A stretch of 64,000 nt of DNA from NCBI GenBank assembly GCA_003484955.1, contig DMZH01000001.1:23848-87847 (forward strand), written 5' to 3'. Every line of letters starts with the position of its first letter. The first letter of the stretch is position 1. This document shows, piece by piece, positions 26,047 through 36,444 of the stretch. The position numbers were made by a program, and so were the translations under genes. The DNA is from Candidatus Woesebacteria bacterium. Lineage in GTDB: Bacteria; Patescibacteriota; Microgenomatia; UBA8517. The notes beneath the pieces are model-generated. The model was given only the letters and a program-made list of their open reading frames with translations, did no database searches and was not told where the DNA came from.

Positions 26047-26495
26047 AGGCAACTGATTTCACTCTTCTTGACCAAAACGGCAGAGAACATTCCCTTTCCG
26101 ACCACAGGGGAAAGTGGGTCGTTCTGTATTTCTATCCGAAGGACGATACACCGGGTTGTACAAAAGAAGCTTGCACTTTTAGAGATTCGTTTCACGAACT
26201 ACAAAAGATGGGTGTCCAGATCCTTGGAATCTCCAAAGATTCTGTGGCCTCTCACAAGAAATTTGCAGAAAAACATAATTTGAATTTTCCAATTTTGAGC
26301 GATGAGTCCAAAGAAGTTATTAAAGTCTACAAATCTTGGGGCAGGAAAAAATTTATGGGTAGAGAATTTGAAGGAACCATCAGAAATACTTACCTAATAG
26401 ACCCAACTAGTGAGGTGGTAAAGTTCTATGAAAAAGTAAATCCCCTGACTCACGCTTCGGAAATTATTTCGGATATAAAGGATGTGCAAAAATAA
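26043..26495 (+). CDS. bcp: Peroxiredoxin, Bcp type
   Basis: FYPKDDTPGCTKEACTFRD is the peroxidatic Cys motif and it has a resolving Cys 5 residues later. Confidence 0.85.
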   Translation: MKATDFTLLDQNGREHSLSDHRGKWVVLYFYPKDDTPGCTKEACTFRDSFHELQKMGVQILGISKDSVASHKKFAEKHNLNFPILSDESKEVIKVYKSWGRKKFMGREFEGTIRNTYLIDPTSEVVKFYEKVNPLTHASEIISDIKDVQK

Positions 26496-26516
26496 ACAGA
26501 GCTCACTCTTTCGCCC

Positions 26517-26822
26517 TCAACCAAACAGTTTCCGAATGAGAATGGTCAAAAGTGACATGTTGTTTTTATTTCCGGAGGAAATTACCGGGCGGGACCAAAC
26601 CGATAGAATAAGCCACTCCTTTTTCTCATTCTGCTTGGCAACAACCTCAATCCTTGTGCCGGCATATGTACGGAAGTATATCCAGGATCCCGGAGCAGAA
26701 CCTTTTCGCGACTCCATAGGACTCCTCCAGGTTGCCCAAGCGTCCCCTTGTTTTATACCTCTTTGACGCATTCTCTCAATGGCATGGTTTGTCCAAATTA
26801 CCCCACCAAAATGATTGTCCAT
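26517..26822 (-). CDS. DUF4258-like small protein, a possible toxin
   Basis: NHAIERMRQRGI resembles the DUF4258 signature. The start overlaps the stop of the upstream acidic ORF (TAATG). Confidence 0.4.
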   Translation of the reverse strand: MDNHFGGVIWTNHAIERMRQRGIKQGDAWATWRSPMESRKGSAPGSWIYFRTYAGTRIEVVAKQNEKKEWLILSVWSRPVISSGNKNNMSLLTILIRKLFG

Positions 26823-27187
26823 TATTTTTTCGACACCCTCATTTCTGCCGTAACCTCGTCCTGGGGCATTAGTTCCTGAAGAATATCGGAGGATATATTT
26901 TCCAGTTCCTGCTGTAATTCTTTTTCTATATCACCTTTTCCTGTTTTTTCTTTTAAATAACCCAAAATATGCACTTCATCGTGCGGACATTTGTGGAAGA
27001 TCTCTAAAAATTCTTCATGATTATTCCTGGGCAGCCTATCTAATATTTTTTCTACAACTTTGTTGTTAATCACCTCATCAACAAGCTCCCAAAGTTCTTC
27101 CCTCTCTTCTTCCGATGAGGCTGAGTCTTTTATAAATACTTCAATCTCCTCAAAAGCTACTAAATTATCAAAAAAAAGTTTCGTCAT
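26822..27187 (-). CDS. Acidic helical hypothetical protein, a possible antitoxin partner
   Basis: It is 121 aa and Glu-rich. It is translationally coupled to the DUF4258-like gene. Confidence 0.35.
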   Translation of the reverse strand: MTKLFFDNLVAFEEIEVFIKDSASSEEEREELWELVDEVINNKVVEKILDRLPRNNHEEFLEIFHKCPHDEVHILGYLKEKTGKGDIEKELQQELENISSDILQELMPQDEVTAEMRVSKK

Positions 27188-27216
27188 ATTATAATTTCAT
27201 AAATTTCAAGCTTCGC

Positions 27217-28194
27217 TTATCCTTGTATCATTGTAACCCCAGGCAAATCATTTTGATTATAATCAACAGGTCCTAAAGGAACAACATTCTTGGGATCATC
27301 CACAAAAAAGACAATTACTGATCCTTTTTTATATTTTGCCCCACCCAGATAATTCATGACTTCGGGACTTCCACCAAATTGTTTTCCCGTCCAGGCGGCA
27401 GGGCCCGAATCCGCTATATCCGCAACCACTGCATTACCGTTTTGAGTATTAACTACCAAAACTTTTCTGTATTTATACCAGTCCCTGACATATGCCAATC
27501 TTTTTTTCCAATCAGGAAGATATAGAGTTTGTACTACTACATACCACTTCTCTCTTTCAATATCGTCATTGGTCAAATCCGCCTTTGATTTTGTAAAATA
27601 CCCCCATGCTCCGCGTCCGGGAGCCATGCCTTCATCATATTTATCAGTCTTCGGGTGCACCGACATACTGTCTCCAGGATATCTGGCCAGGTGTTGCTCA
27701 GCTCCTATATAACCAAATGTAGTATTCAGGTGTTCCCCTTCCAAAGTTGCTCTTGCATTTATCCCGACAGTCTGATTAAGAACCTGCTCTAACATTTTTT
27801 CCTGGGTTCTTGATAAAGGGCCTGCTTTTTGGGGTAAAATTTGCCGAAAAGAAGTTAAGAGTTTTTCCTGTTTTAATACCCCCGAACTTTCAGATTCAAA
27901 ATCCGAAATATTTTTCACAATTGAGGAGACCACCGGCAGTTCTTTTGATATGCCCGGTGTCGCAAAAAGCAAAGTTCCGGTCAAGGCACCCGTTGTTATT
28001 GCCTTAGCGGAGTGGGAACGGATTTTTCCAAGATCAATTCCATTTTCCGATAGAAATTTTTGAACATGAGGATATTTTTCAAAAAGACTGCTTTTTGCCT
28101 GTAAACTTTTAAGTTTTAGCTTGTTCCTGAGAAATTCCGAATCGACTTTTTCCTTGCTTATCTTGTAAGTTGTGTTGGGCGAGTCATGAGCCAT
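27217..28194 (-). CDS. Hypothetical protein with a possible RlpA/expansin-like double-psi beta-barrel C-terminus
   Basis: LVVNTQNGNAVVADIADSGPAAW...GGSPEVMNYLG loosely resembles the RlpA motif. The N-terminal ~150 aa have no recognisable family. Confidence 0.3.
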   Translation of the reverse strand: MAHDSPNTTYKISKEKVDSEFLRNKLKLKSLQAKSSLFEKYPHVQKFLSENGIDLGKIRSHSAKAITTGALTGTLLFATPGISKELPVVSSIVKNISDFESESSGVLKQEKLLTSFRQILPQKAGPLSRTQEKMLEQVLNQTVGINARATLEGEHLNTTFGYIGAEQHLARYPGDSMSVHPKTDKYDEGMAPGRGAWGYFTKSKADLTNDDIEREKWYVVVQTLYLPDWKKRLAYVRDWYKYRKVLVVNTQNGNAVVADIADSGPAAWTGKQFGGSPEVMNYLGGAKYKKGSVIVFFVDDPKNVVPLGPVDYNQNDLPGVTMIQG

Positions 28195-28240
28195 AAATTA
28201 ATTAATAATGAACAATTTACAATTAATAATTCAAAAAAAA

Positions 28241-29587
28241 TTAGAGAACGGACTTTAGTCTATTAATTGTTTTGTCTTTGCCTAAAATAATAATTGAGTC
28301 GTTAATCGGTGGAGTAAATTTAGATCCGGTAAGTGCAACTCTTAAATCCATGAAAAAATCTCCGATTTTATATCCCTTTTCTTTAATCTTGGCCATTAGC
28401 TTGTCATTTAATTCCTCTAATTCCCATTTATCAATATTGCTAATTATATTAAGCGCATCAGTTAAGTGACTATCAGAATTACCTCCCAAAATGGCTTTGT
28501 CGACTTTATGCGGTTTCCAAAAAAAGCCTGCAATATTTTCCAGATCGGAAATCTTTGCAATTCTATCCTTAACCAATTTTGTTATCTGAAGTTGTTTTTC
28601 TTCAGTAAGCTCTGCAAATTTTTCATTTTGAATTTTAAATTTTGAATTTAAACTTTCATCGGAAAGTTTCCTGATATATTCTCCGTTAAACCAGTCCAAT
28701 TTATTCTGCAAAAACCTCGGATTTGCTTCCTGAAAACCCTGAATATCAAAATGTTCAACAAATTCAGAAAGTGTAAAAAGTTCACGGTTGTCTTTTGGTG
28801 CCCAGCCGAGAAGCATAATAAAATTCAGAAGTGCTTCCGGAAGATAACCTTCCTGTAAAAATTGCTCCGCAAAAACCGAATCTCTTCTTTTGCTTAACTT
28901 TTTCCCTGTCGTAGCAGAAAGAATATCTGTTAAATGTCCTATCTCCGGCCTTTTTCCACCCAGATATTCGAAAACCAAAAGATGAATCGGAGTACTCGGA
29001 AGCCAGTCATGACCTCTCAAAATGTGAGAGATCTTCATATCAAGATCATCAACCATTGCCGCTAAATGATAGGTCGGAAACCCATCCGATTTGAGAAGCG
29101 TGGCATCATAAACCGTGTCTGTGTTCCAGGAAATATCTTTTTTGTGTACAAAGTCATAGTAGGTTAAAACTTTGTTTTCAGGAACTTTCAATTTTATTGC
29201 ACCCGAGCTTAATTTTTTATCGCGGCATGGGTCGCGAAGTACATTGGAAAATCCTTCCTCCTTTGCATTTTTTGCCTTGCATTGGCAATAAAACGCGTGG
29301 CCCTCTTCAACCAGTTTCTTGGCGGCCTTTTCGTAAATGCCGGTTTTGTGCCGCTCCGACTGAACGTAAATTTCATCCCACAGTAAATTAAATTTTTTAA
29401 GGGTGTCTTGAATTGCCTGGGTAGAACCCGCCACTTCTCTTTTTTGATCCGTATCTTCAATTCTTAATATAAAATCGCCTCCTTCGTGGCGTGCCAGGGC
29501 GAAAGCGTAAAGCGCAGTTCTAAGACTACCTATATGTAAAAATCCCGTAGGACTTGGTGCAAAACGTGCACGAACTTTTGATCCCAT
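28241..29587 (-). CDS. gltX: Glutamate--tRNA ligase
   Basis: RFAPSPTGFLHIGSLRTALYAF carries the HIGH motif. The KMSKS-type motif is KKLSKR. Confidence 0.9.
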   Translation of the reverse strand: MGSKVRARFAPSPTGFLHIGSLRTALYAFALARHEGGDFILRIEDTDQKREVAGSTQAIQDTLKKFNLLWDEIYVQSERHKTGIYEKAAKKLVEEGHAFYCQCKAKNAKEEGFSNVLRDPCRDKKLSSGAIKLKVPENKVLTYYDFVHKKDISWNTDTVYDATLLKSDGFPTYHLAAMVDDLDMKISHILRGHDWLPSTPIHLLVFEYLGGKRPEIGHLTDILSATTGKKLSKRRDSVFAEQFLQEGYLPEALLNFIMLLGWAPKDNRELFTLSEFVEHFDIQGFQEANPRFLQNKLDWFNGEYIRKLSDESLNSKFKIQNEKFAELTEEKQLQITKLVKDRIAKISDLENIAGFFWKPHKVDKAILGGNSDSHLTDALNIISNIDKWELEELNDKLMAKIKEKGYKIGDFFMDLRVALTGSKFTPPINDSIIILGKDKTINRLKSVL

Positions 29588-29668
29588 AAATGGATTTTAC
29601 AACATACTACATTGATTTCCCATAGAGTGCATTGAACAGGAAGCTCCGGAACTATATACTAAATCGGT

Positions 29669-30727
29669 ATGACCTCACTCACTAAAATAGCCATTACCTC
29701 CCGAAAGGTAATCAGGTATGGAATTTATCTTATTATTTTTCTTATTGTAGGAAGAATTTTTCTTGATTTGGGGGTAAAAATCTATAAAAAGGTCTTTCCG
29801 GCTCCACCCCCGGCCCCGACTGTCAGATACGGCAAACTGACAAAAATTCCTTTTCCGGAAAATGGGGTTACCGCAAAACTGACCTATACCATTGAAACAG
29901 CCGAGGGCGGGCTTCCTACAAACATTCCGACCCAAGCAAAAGTATATTTTATGCCAAAAACCAGCGCTAATTTGCTTTCTTTGGACACAGCCAAAAGTAA
30001 AGCCGCCGCTCTGGGATTTGGCACCGATGTCCAGCAAGTTTCGGATACCGTTTACAAATTCAAAAATTCAAATTATCCATCGACATTGCAGATGAATATT
30101 ATTACCGGTACTTTCTCGATCAGCTACGACCTTATTAGTGATAAAAGTCCTATTGACCTAAAACCACCCGTTGCAGAGGTGGCAGCATCAGATTTCAGAT
30201 CGTTTCTTTCGGAAGCAAATGTTTTACCGGGGGATTTGACCGGATCTGTAACCCACGATTTTTTGAAAATCTCAAACGGACAACTTGTGAGTGCTTTATC
30301 TCTTTCTGAGGCAAATTTCGTAAAAATAAATTTATTCAGGAAAAATTACGACGATCTGCCAAGTGTGACGGAGAATCCGAATCAGGCAAATGTTTGGGCA
30401 ATTATAAGCGGTGCCAGGAATCAGGGTCAACAGATTATTGCCTCCGAATATCACTATAACGAAGTTGATGAATCCCAATATTCGACCTATCCGATCAAAA
30501 CCCCAACCGAGGCACTAACCGAGCTGCAGGCTGGAAAGGTTTTTATTGCCAACCTTGGTCTTAATGAAAATGAAGGAACCCTCAAAATCAGGCGTGTATT
30601 TCTTGCATATTTTGACCCTGATGCCATAACTGAGTACTATCAGCCAATTTATGTTTTTGAGGGAGATAACGGATTTATAGCATACCTTCCCGCAGTCATT
30701 TCTGATTACTATCAAGCGCAACAGTGA
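29669..30727 (+). CDS. Membrane-anchored hypothetical protein
   Basis: It has an N-terminal TM and a Pro-rich linker PAPPPAPT. No family was recognised. Confidence 0.45.
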   Translation: MTSLTKIAITSRKVIRYGIYLIIFLIVGRIFLDLGVKIYKKVFPAPPPAPTVRYGKLTKIPFPENGVTAKLTYTIETAEGGLPTNIPTQAKVYFMPKTSANLLSLDTAKSKAAALGFGTDVQQVSDTVYKFKNSNYPSTLQMNIITGTFSISYDLISDKSPIDLKPPVAEVAASDFRSFLSEANVLPGDLTGSVTHDFLKISNGQLVSALSLSEANFVKINLFRKNYDDLPSVTENPNQANVWAIISGARNQGQQIIASEYHYNEVDESQYSTYPIKTPTEALTELQAGKVFIANLGLNENEGTLKIRRVFLAYFDPDAITEYYQPIYVFEGDNGFIAYLPAVISDYYQAQQ

Positions 30728-30730
30728 TTT

Positions 30731-31687
30731 TCATCTCTTGCCGTCCGCAACTGGCATGGAAATTCTCACTTTCTGCCATTCGTAGTTAGAAAATGTCCAA
30801 TCGATAAGTTCCTTTGTTTCACCAAACCTGTCCTGACTTCCAAGAATGGCAATCATAATTTTATGGTTATCACGTTCAACATAGGTAATCAGATTCTCGC
30901 GTGCATTTTCTGTCCAACCCGTCTTAACTCCCAAAACTCCGGGTACTTCCCCCAACAGTTCGTTAACATTTCCCAAATTATATTTTATTTTACCTGTGGC
31001 GTCGGTCAGGGTGATGGATTTTGTGCCGACAATTTTTGCAAACTCGGGGTTTCTCATTGCAACTTCAGAGGCTCTTACCATGTCTTTCGCCGTGGATCTT
31101 TGACTATCACCGTCAAGCCCGACAGGATTTGTGAATTTTGAATTTTCCATAGAGAGATCGCGAGCTTTTATATTCATCGCATCTATAAAAGCATCATACC
31201 CTCCAGGGTAGCTACCCGCCAAAGTCATTGCGGCATCATTTGCGGAATAGACCAAAAGTCCGTAAAGAAGATCTTTAACTCTCATTTGTTCCCCGGAATA
31301 AAGTCCCATTTTTTGTCCGTCAACACCTGCGCCTTTTGGTACAGTCAATATTTGGTCAAGCGAATATACGTCAAGGGCGACGAGGGCGGTGATTATTTTC
31401 GTTGTCGACGCCGGAAGAAGTTTTGCATCAGGATTTTTTTCGTAAAGACTAATCCCGGTTCCCAAATCAACCACCATTGCGCCTTGGGCAGAGACAACCG
31501 GAAAAGAAGATCCGTTTCTCAAAATTGGATTTGCCGGAAATTCTTTAGGAAGGAATGTGAGAGTGGGTTTTTTTGACAGGTAGGGGGTGGTTGTTGAAAG
31601 ACTCATTGCACTTGAGGCCAAAAAAACAAAAACTATCATAACAAAATATAAAAAATAGTTTTTATTTATATGAAATTTCATTTGCAT
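30731..31687 (-). CDS. D-alanyl-D-alanine carboxypeptidase (PBP5/6 family)
   Basis: SxxK reads ASTTK, SxN reads SAND and KTG reads KTGWT. The start is trimmed to the ATG at 31687 to avoid overlap with aspS. Confidence 0.85.
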   Translation of the reverse strand: MQMKFHINKNYFLYFVMIVFVFLASSAMSLSTTTPYLSKKPTLTFLPKEFPANPILRNGSSFPVVSAQGAMVVDLGTGISLYEKNPDAKLLPASTTKIITALVALDVYSLDQILTVPKGAGVDGQKMGLYSGEQMRVKDLLYGLLVYSANDAAMTLAGSYPGGYDAFIDAMNIKARDLSMENSKFTNPVGLDGDSQRSTAKDMVRASEVAMRNPEFAKIVGTKSITLTDATGKIKYNLGNVNELLGEVPGVLGVKTGWTENARENLITYVERDNHKIMIAILGSQDRFGETKELIDWTFSNYEWQKVRISMPVADGKR

Positions 31688-31697
31688 TTTTGAAGCT

Positions 31698-33017
31698 TCA
31701 TCTGGAAAATCGAAGATCCACCCTTTCCATGTCTCTGGGAAAAAGCGATGCTTCTCGAACATTTTTAAGACCCAATATATGCATTGTTACCCGCTCCGCC
31801 CCTAAGGCAAATCCACCCAAAGGAGGGACACCAAATTTAAATGACTGTAAATAAAGCTCTATATCCTTCTCCTTCAACCCCCACTCTTTTACATGTTCAA
31901 GAATCACCTTGTAATCATTGAGTCTTTGGCCTCCGCTTGACCACTCAACACCCCGACCCAAAAGATCCACTGAAAATGCGTAACTCGGATCCTCAGGATC
32001 CGGGGAAACATAAAATGGCTTTTTCTTAGTTACAAAATGAGAAATATAGACAAGATCGCTGCCCTTTTCCTCAAGTGACCACTTACAGATTTCGCGCTCG
32101 TCTTCAGGTGCCAGATCTTTTTCGGCTCGAACATCTCTTCCTGTTCTTTTATAAATAATTTTCTGAGCTTCCTTCAATTTCAGGACAGGAATCTTGTCCG
32201 AAATCTTCGGCAGTGTCGCATCAAATAAGGCAAGCTCGTCCGAACATTTCTTTTCCACCTCGGAAAAAATAAAGCGGATGACGTACTCTTCCATATCCAA
32301 CACATCTTTCCACGAATCTATAAAACCAAATTCTGCATCCAGACTTGTTGCCTCTGTTAAATGACGTGTAGTTACGGAGGGTTCGGCTCTAAATATTTGG
32401 TTGACGCTAAAAACACGTTCAAAAATTCCGACTAAAAGTGATTTATAAAGTTGAGGACTTTGGGAAAGGTAGGCTTCATGGTCAAAATATTTAACCTTGA
32501 AAACTTCAGCCCCACCCTCGGGAACGGAGGAAATGATGGAAGGAGCCTGAAATTCAATAAAATCTTTTTTAAGAAGCGCCTGCCTGAAAGCATCTATTAT
32601 CACAGCCTGAACTTTGAAAATAGCCTGCTGTTTTTTATGCCTTAGTGTTAACGCACGGTAGTCCAAAAGGGTCGGCAAATCTACATTCAGATCCTCCCCG
32701 CCCATGTCAAATGGGAGTTCGGCGGCAGGACTAAGCACTTTGAGTGACTCAATCTGAATCTCGACCGATCCTGTGGCAATTTTGGGGTTAATCAATTTTT
32801 CCGGCCTTTCCGAAATAGTACCCATTATCTCGATTACCGATTCGGGAGAGACACGCTTGAGACTCTCGCCGACACACTGAATAATTCCGCTTCTGTCTCT
32901 TAAATCGATAAAAGTTATTTTTCCGTGGTCGCGAATGGTATTTGCCCAGCCTTCAAGACGGACTTTTTGACCAACTTTGCCTACAGTATCGGCAATAAGG
33001 CTTCTTTCCATAGTCAT
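31698..33017 (-). CDS. aspS: Aspartate--tRNA ligase, archaeal/type-2 form
   Basis: It is 439 aa, a compact class II enzyme. FRAE is motif 2. GGFALGAERVTMHILG is motif 3. Confidence 0.8.
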   Translation of the reverse strand: MTMERSLIADTVGKVGQKVRLEGWANTIRDHGKITFIDLRDRSGIIQCVGESLKRVSPESVIEIMGTISERPEKLINPKIATGSVEIQIESLKVLSPAAELPFDMGGEDLNVDLPTLLDYRALTLRHKKQQAIFKVQAVIIDAFRQALLKKDFIEFQAPSIISSVPEGGAEVFKVKYFDHEAYLSQSPQLYKSLLVGIFERVFSVNQIFRAEPSVTTRHLTEATSLDAEFGFIDSWKDVLDMEEYVIRFIFSEVEKKCSDELALFDATLPKISDKIPVLKLKEAQKIIYKRTGRDVRAEKDLAPEDEREICKWSLEEKGSDLVYISHFVTKKKPFYVSPDPEDPSYAFSVDLLGRGVEWSSGGQRLNDYKVILEHVKEWGLKEKDIELYLQSFKFGVPPLGGFALGAERVTMHILGLKNVREASLFPRDMERVDLRFSR

Positions 33018-33117
33018 ATTCTAATGCACAAAGAGCACGAAATCTAGAATCGCTTGATTCCGGTATAAAATTAATATAACATAACCATCTCAGTCGGCAT
33101 TTTGCCAGTAAACTAAT

Positions 33118-33399
33118 ATGTCTACATCAAAGGAATGTCCACTCTACAATGAATGCGGCTTCGTCAAATGGAGGATAGAACGCCCGGATTCTCATATTCC
33201 ACCACTACCTAAAGACGGTGATTGTGGCAAACCGGCGGTTACATGCGGAAGGCTGGAGGAAAGTCATCCTGTTGGTATAAGCCTGAGCGTCACGGATTAT
33301 GGACCGAAAACATATGAAGAAATTGTAATCGGTTTCCCGGAAATACCAAACGAAAACGGCAGGCCGCCTCGCAGACTTGTCGGCAGCGGAAGCGGGTAA
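33118..33399 (+). CDS. Cys-rich hypothetical small protein
   Basis: It lies in a 390-nt intergenic gap. CPLYNECGF...DGDCGKPAVTCG is present. The gene may not be real. Confidence 0.25.
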   Translation: MSTSKECPLYNECGFVKWRIERPDSHIPPLPKDGDCGKPAVTCGRLEESHPVGISLSVTDYGPKTYEEIVIGFPEIPNENGRPPRRLVGSGSG

Positions 33400-33408
33400 T
33401 CGGGTTTT

Positions 33409-35088
33409 TTAGGAAACTATTTCTATATCCCTGATCTTGAGCTGGATGGATTCGTTTCCCATCCAAACATTCTTCTCCGGCGAATACACCAAGTCCAATT
33501 TTGACCCAGGAGCCAGTTCTGGGTAAATTTCTCCCCCACCAAAATATATTGAATCAAAAATGTGTTCACCTTGCTTTAGTTTCAGCTTAAGGTGTCTTGC
33601 CTCCCTACCAACCGATTTTACACTAATAATTTCGACGCCGCGCGTCACAAAAGTTGCGCCGGGGTTCCCCAACCCGGTCGGTTCAAATTGTTTAAGTTGT
33701 TCAATAAGTCCGGGATTAATTTCTCCGAAATTAAGTTCCATGTCAATTCTTAATTTTTTTTGCAGCAATTCATCCGTCAGTAGTTTATCGGCAAACTTGT
33801 TTATTTCCTTTGCAAACTTTCCAATTTTACCGGTTTCAATTGAAAATCCAGCAGCCATTGGATGCCCACCGCCTTCCAAATGAAGACTTACAGCCCTGAT
33901 CGCTTCAATAATATTAAATCCGGAGATTGACCGAGCAGAAGCTTTTGAAACTTTCCCCTTTGTGGAAAAAACAATTGCGGGACGGTAAAATTCTTCAACC
34001 AGACGTCCCGCTGCCAAACCGATTACCCCTTCATGATATTTTTCTCCCGCTATAACAATAATTTTTTGACTGGTTACACTTTTGCGGGCAAGTATGAGTA
34101 CTTCTTCAACCATTTTCTGCCGTTCGGAATTGGTACCTCCAATATTTTTTGCAATCTCAAAAGCTTTTAATTTATTTTTTGTGCAAAGCAGACGTAATGA
34201 TTCGATTCCCTGTTTAAGGCGTCCCATTGCATTTATTCTCGGAGCGATTATATAGCCAACCTCGTAAACACCGACATTTTCTATCCTCGCTTCCTTAAAA
34301 AGAGCCATCAGTCCGGGTCTTTTCGTGCGATTTAATTCTTCAAGCCCATGTTTAACAACCGACCTGTTGGGCCCTATAAGAGGCATCTGGTCGGCAATTG
34401 TTCCAATGGCAGCAAGTTCCAAACCAGTGGTTGGTAAATCCTGAACCATGGATAGTTCCTTCGCAAAAAACCAAGCAAGTGCGGAGCCACAAACCAATGT
34501 AGAATGAATAATAGAGAACGCATGATTTTTCTCTTCCCCTTTTTGATGGTGATCAACAATAATCACGTCTATTCCCAATTCTTTAGCTTTTCTTATACCT
34601 TCATATGCGACAATGCCGTTATCTACTGTAATAATTAATTTTAAATTTTTAATTTTTAATTTTAAATTGTTAACACTTTCGGCATTAATGCCATACCCTT
34701 CTTCAAATCTATCGGGTATGTGCGGTAAAACATCTAACCCAAAAGAATGCAAAGCCTCCCACATTATGGCTGTTGCCGTAATCCCATCGGCGTCATAGTC
34801 TCCATAAACAACCACAAATTCTTTATTCTTTTTGGCTCTTTTGATTCTAGCAATAGCTTTTTTTACGGACTCATCACTAATTTCAAATGCTTTCAATTTT
34901 ATTTTTCTGGGATCCGTGGGGTGAAAAAATTCTTTTTCCTCTCTTTCTGTTTTAATCCCTCGATTTTTTAGAAGTGTTTTAATTATCTGCCTGCTGTTTT
35001 CTGCTTTTTCTTTTCTTAATATTTCCCATTTCATACCAGAAGTATATGATACTTCATCGGCAGAAGAAACCATAGCTGTTATAATCAA
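33409..35088 (-). CDS. recJ: Single-stranded-DNA-specific exonuclease RecJ
   Basis: VVYGDYDADGITATAIM and VDHHQ are DHH motifs. A DHHA1 region (GGGHPMAAG) is present. Confidence 0.85.
   Translation of the reverse strand: MIITAMVSSADEVSYTSGMKWEILRKEKAENSRQIIKTLLKNRGIKTEREEKEFFHPTDPRKIKLKAFEISDESVKKAIARIKRAKKNKEFVVVYGDYDADGITATAIMWEALHSFGLDVLPHIPDRFEEGYGINAESVNNLKLKIKNLKLIITVDNGIVAYEGIRKAKELGIDVIIVDHHQKGEEKNHAFSIIHSTLVCGSALAWFFAKELSMVQDLPTTGLELAAIGTIADQMPLIGPNRSVVKHGLEELNRTKRPGLMALFKEARIENVGVYEVGYIIAPRINAMGRLKQGIESLRLLCTKNKLKAFEIAKNIGGTNSERQKMVEEVLILARKSVTSQKIIVIAGEKYHEGVIGLAAGRLVEEFYRPAIVFSTKGKVSKASARSISGFNIIEAIRAVSLHLEGGGHPMAAGFSIETGKIGKFAKEINKFADKLLTDELLQKKLRIDMELNFGEINPGLIEQLKQFEPTGLGNPGATFVTRGVEIISVKSVGREARHLKLKLKQGEHIFDSIYFGGGEIYPELAPGSKLDLVYSPEKNVWMGNESIQLKIRDIEIVS
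34621..34668. repeat. Intragenic AT-only short tandem repeat inside recJ
   Basis: aattttaaatttttaatttttaattttaaattgttaac encodes LKLKIKNLKLI. Confidence 0.4.
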
Positions 35089-35091
35089 GTA

Positions 35092-36444
35092 ATGACCAAT
35101 ATTAAATTACCAAAATCTGTAGAGGAAATTCTGGAAAAGTTTACCCAGGCAGGATATGAAATTTACATCGTCGGCGGAGCCGTACGGGATACTCTAATGG
35201 GCAGGTTTGTTAACGATTGGGATTTTACTACAAATGCCACCCCCGAAGAGATTTTAAAGGTAATTCCCGGCGGACTTTACAATAATCAGTTCGGCACGGT
35301 TTTTACCGATAATCCCGATGATCCCGAAAAGCCCCATGAAATCACAACTTTCAGAACTGAAGAAGGTTATTCCGACGCAAGACATCCCGACAAAATCACC
35401 TGGGGAAAAACGCTCGAAGAAGATTTGTCCCGACGCGATTTTACGATTAATTCACTTGCTCTTAATAAGAATCTTGAAGTGGTCGATCTGTATAAAGGTC
35501 AGGGAGACATAAAAAATAAACTGATCTGTGCGGTGGGCGATCCCGACGCCCGATTTTCTGAGGATGCCTTAAGAATGATGAGGGCGGTAAGAATCGCGGC
35601 GGAGCTCGGATTTACAATCGAGGAAAAAACTTTTGAGGCAATCAAAAAAAACGCACCATTAATAAATAAAATCGCCAAAGAAAGGGTAAAAGAAGAGTTT
35701 TTCAAACTTATATCCTCCCCGAATCCGTACGACGGAATTATCATCTTTAAAAATTGCGGGCTTATGCAGGAAATTTTACCGGAAATGGAAAAATGTTTCG
35801 GAGTCGAGCAAAAGTCGCCGGGAAGACATCACATTTATGATGTTGGCAATCATCTTTTAATGTCCTTAAAAAATTGTAAATCAAAAGACCCTGTAACCCG
35901 GTTTGCAACCTTAATCCACGACATAGGAAAGCCCCAGACCTACAGAAAATTGGGTACAGGAGTGATAACTTTCTACAACCATGAAATGGTTTCTACAAAA
36001 ATAGCCGAAAACATCGCAGACAGGCTTAAATTTTCCAACAAAGAAAAGGATAAATTTATAAGACTTATCCGCTGGCATCAATTTTCAGTCGACGAAAGAC
36101 AAACCGACTCAGCCCTACGAAGATTTTTACGGAATGTAGGCCCAGAAAATGTTGAGGACATGCTGGCGCTTCGCGTTGGAGATAGACTCGGTGGTGGCGC
36201 CAGAGAAACTTCCTGGAGGCTTGAAGAATTCAAGAAAAGAATAATTGAAGTACGAAAACAACCTTTCTCCATTAGTGATTTAAAAATCGACGGAAATGAC
36301 ATCATGAAAAAGTTGAATATTAAACCCGGACCGGAAGTGGGAAAAATATTAGGTGAGCTATTTGATAAAGTCGTAGAAAAGAAAGTTGAAAATAATAAAG
36401 AAACGCTGATCAAAGAATTAAAAAGTCTTAGAAAAATTATTTAG
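35092..36444 (+). CDS. cca: CCA-adding tRNA nucleotidyltransferase with an HD domain
   Basis: IVGGAVRDTLMG and DWDFTT are Pol-beta NTase head motifs. The HD region reads LIHDIGK. Confidence 0.8.
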   Translation: MTNIKLPKSVEEILEKFTQAGYEIYIVGGAVRDTLMGRFVNDWDFTTNATPEEILKVIPGGLYNNQFGTVFTDNPDDPEKPHEITTFRTEEGYSDARHPDKITWGKTLEEDLSRRDFTINSLALNKNLEVVDLYKGQGDIKNKLICAVGDPDARFSEDALRMMRAVRIAAELGFTIEEKTFEAIKKNAPLINKIAKERVKEEFFKLISSPNPYDGIIIFKNCGLMQEILPEMEKCFGVEQKSPGRHHIYDVGNHLLMSLKNCKSKDPVTRFATLIHDIGKPQTYRKLGTGVITFYNHEMVSTKIAENIADRLKFSNKEKDKFIRLIRWHQFSVDERQTDSALRRFLRNVGPENVEDMLALRVGDRLGGGARETSWRLEEFKKRIIEVRKQPFSISDLKIDGNDIMKKLNIKPGPEVGKILGELFDKVVEKKVENNKETLIKELKSLRKII

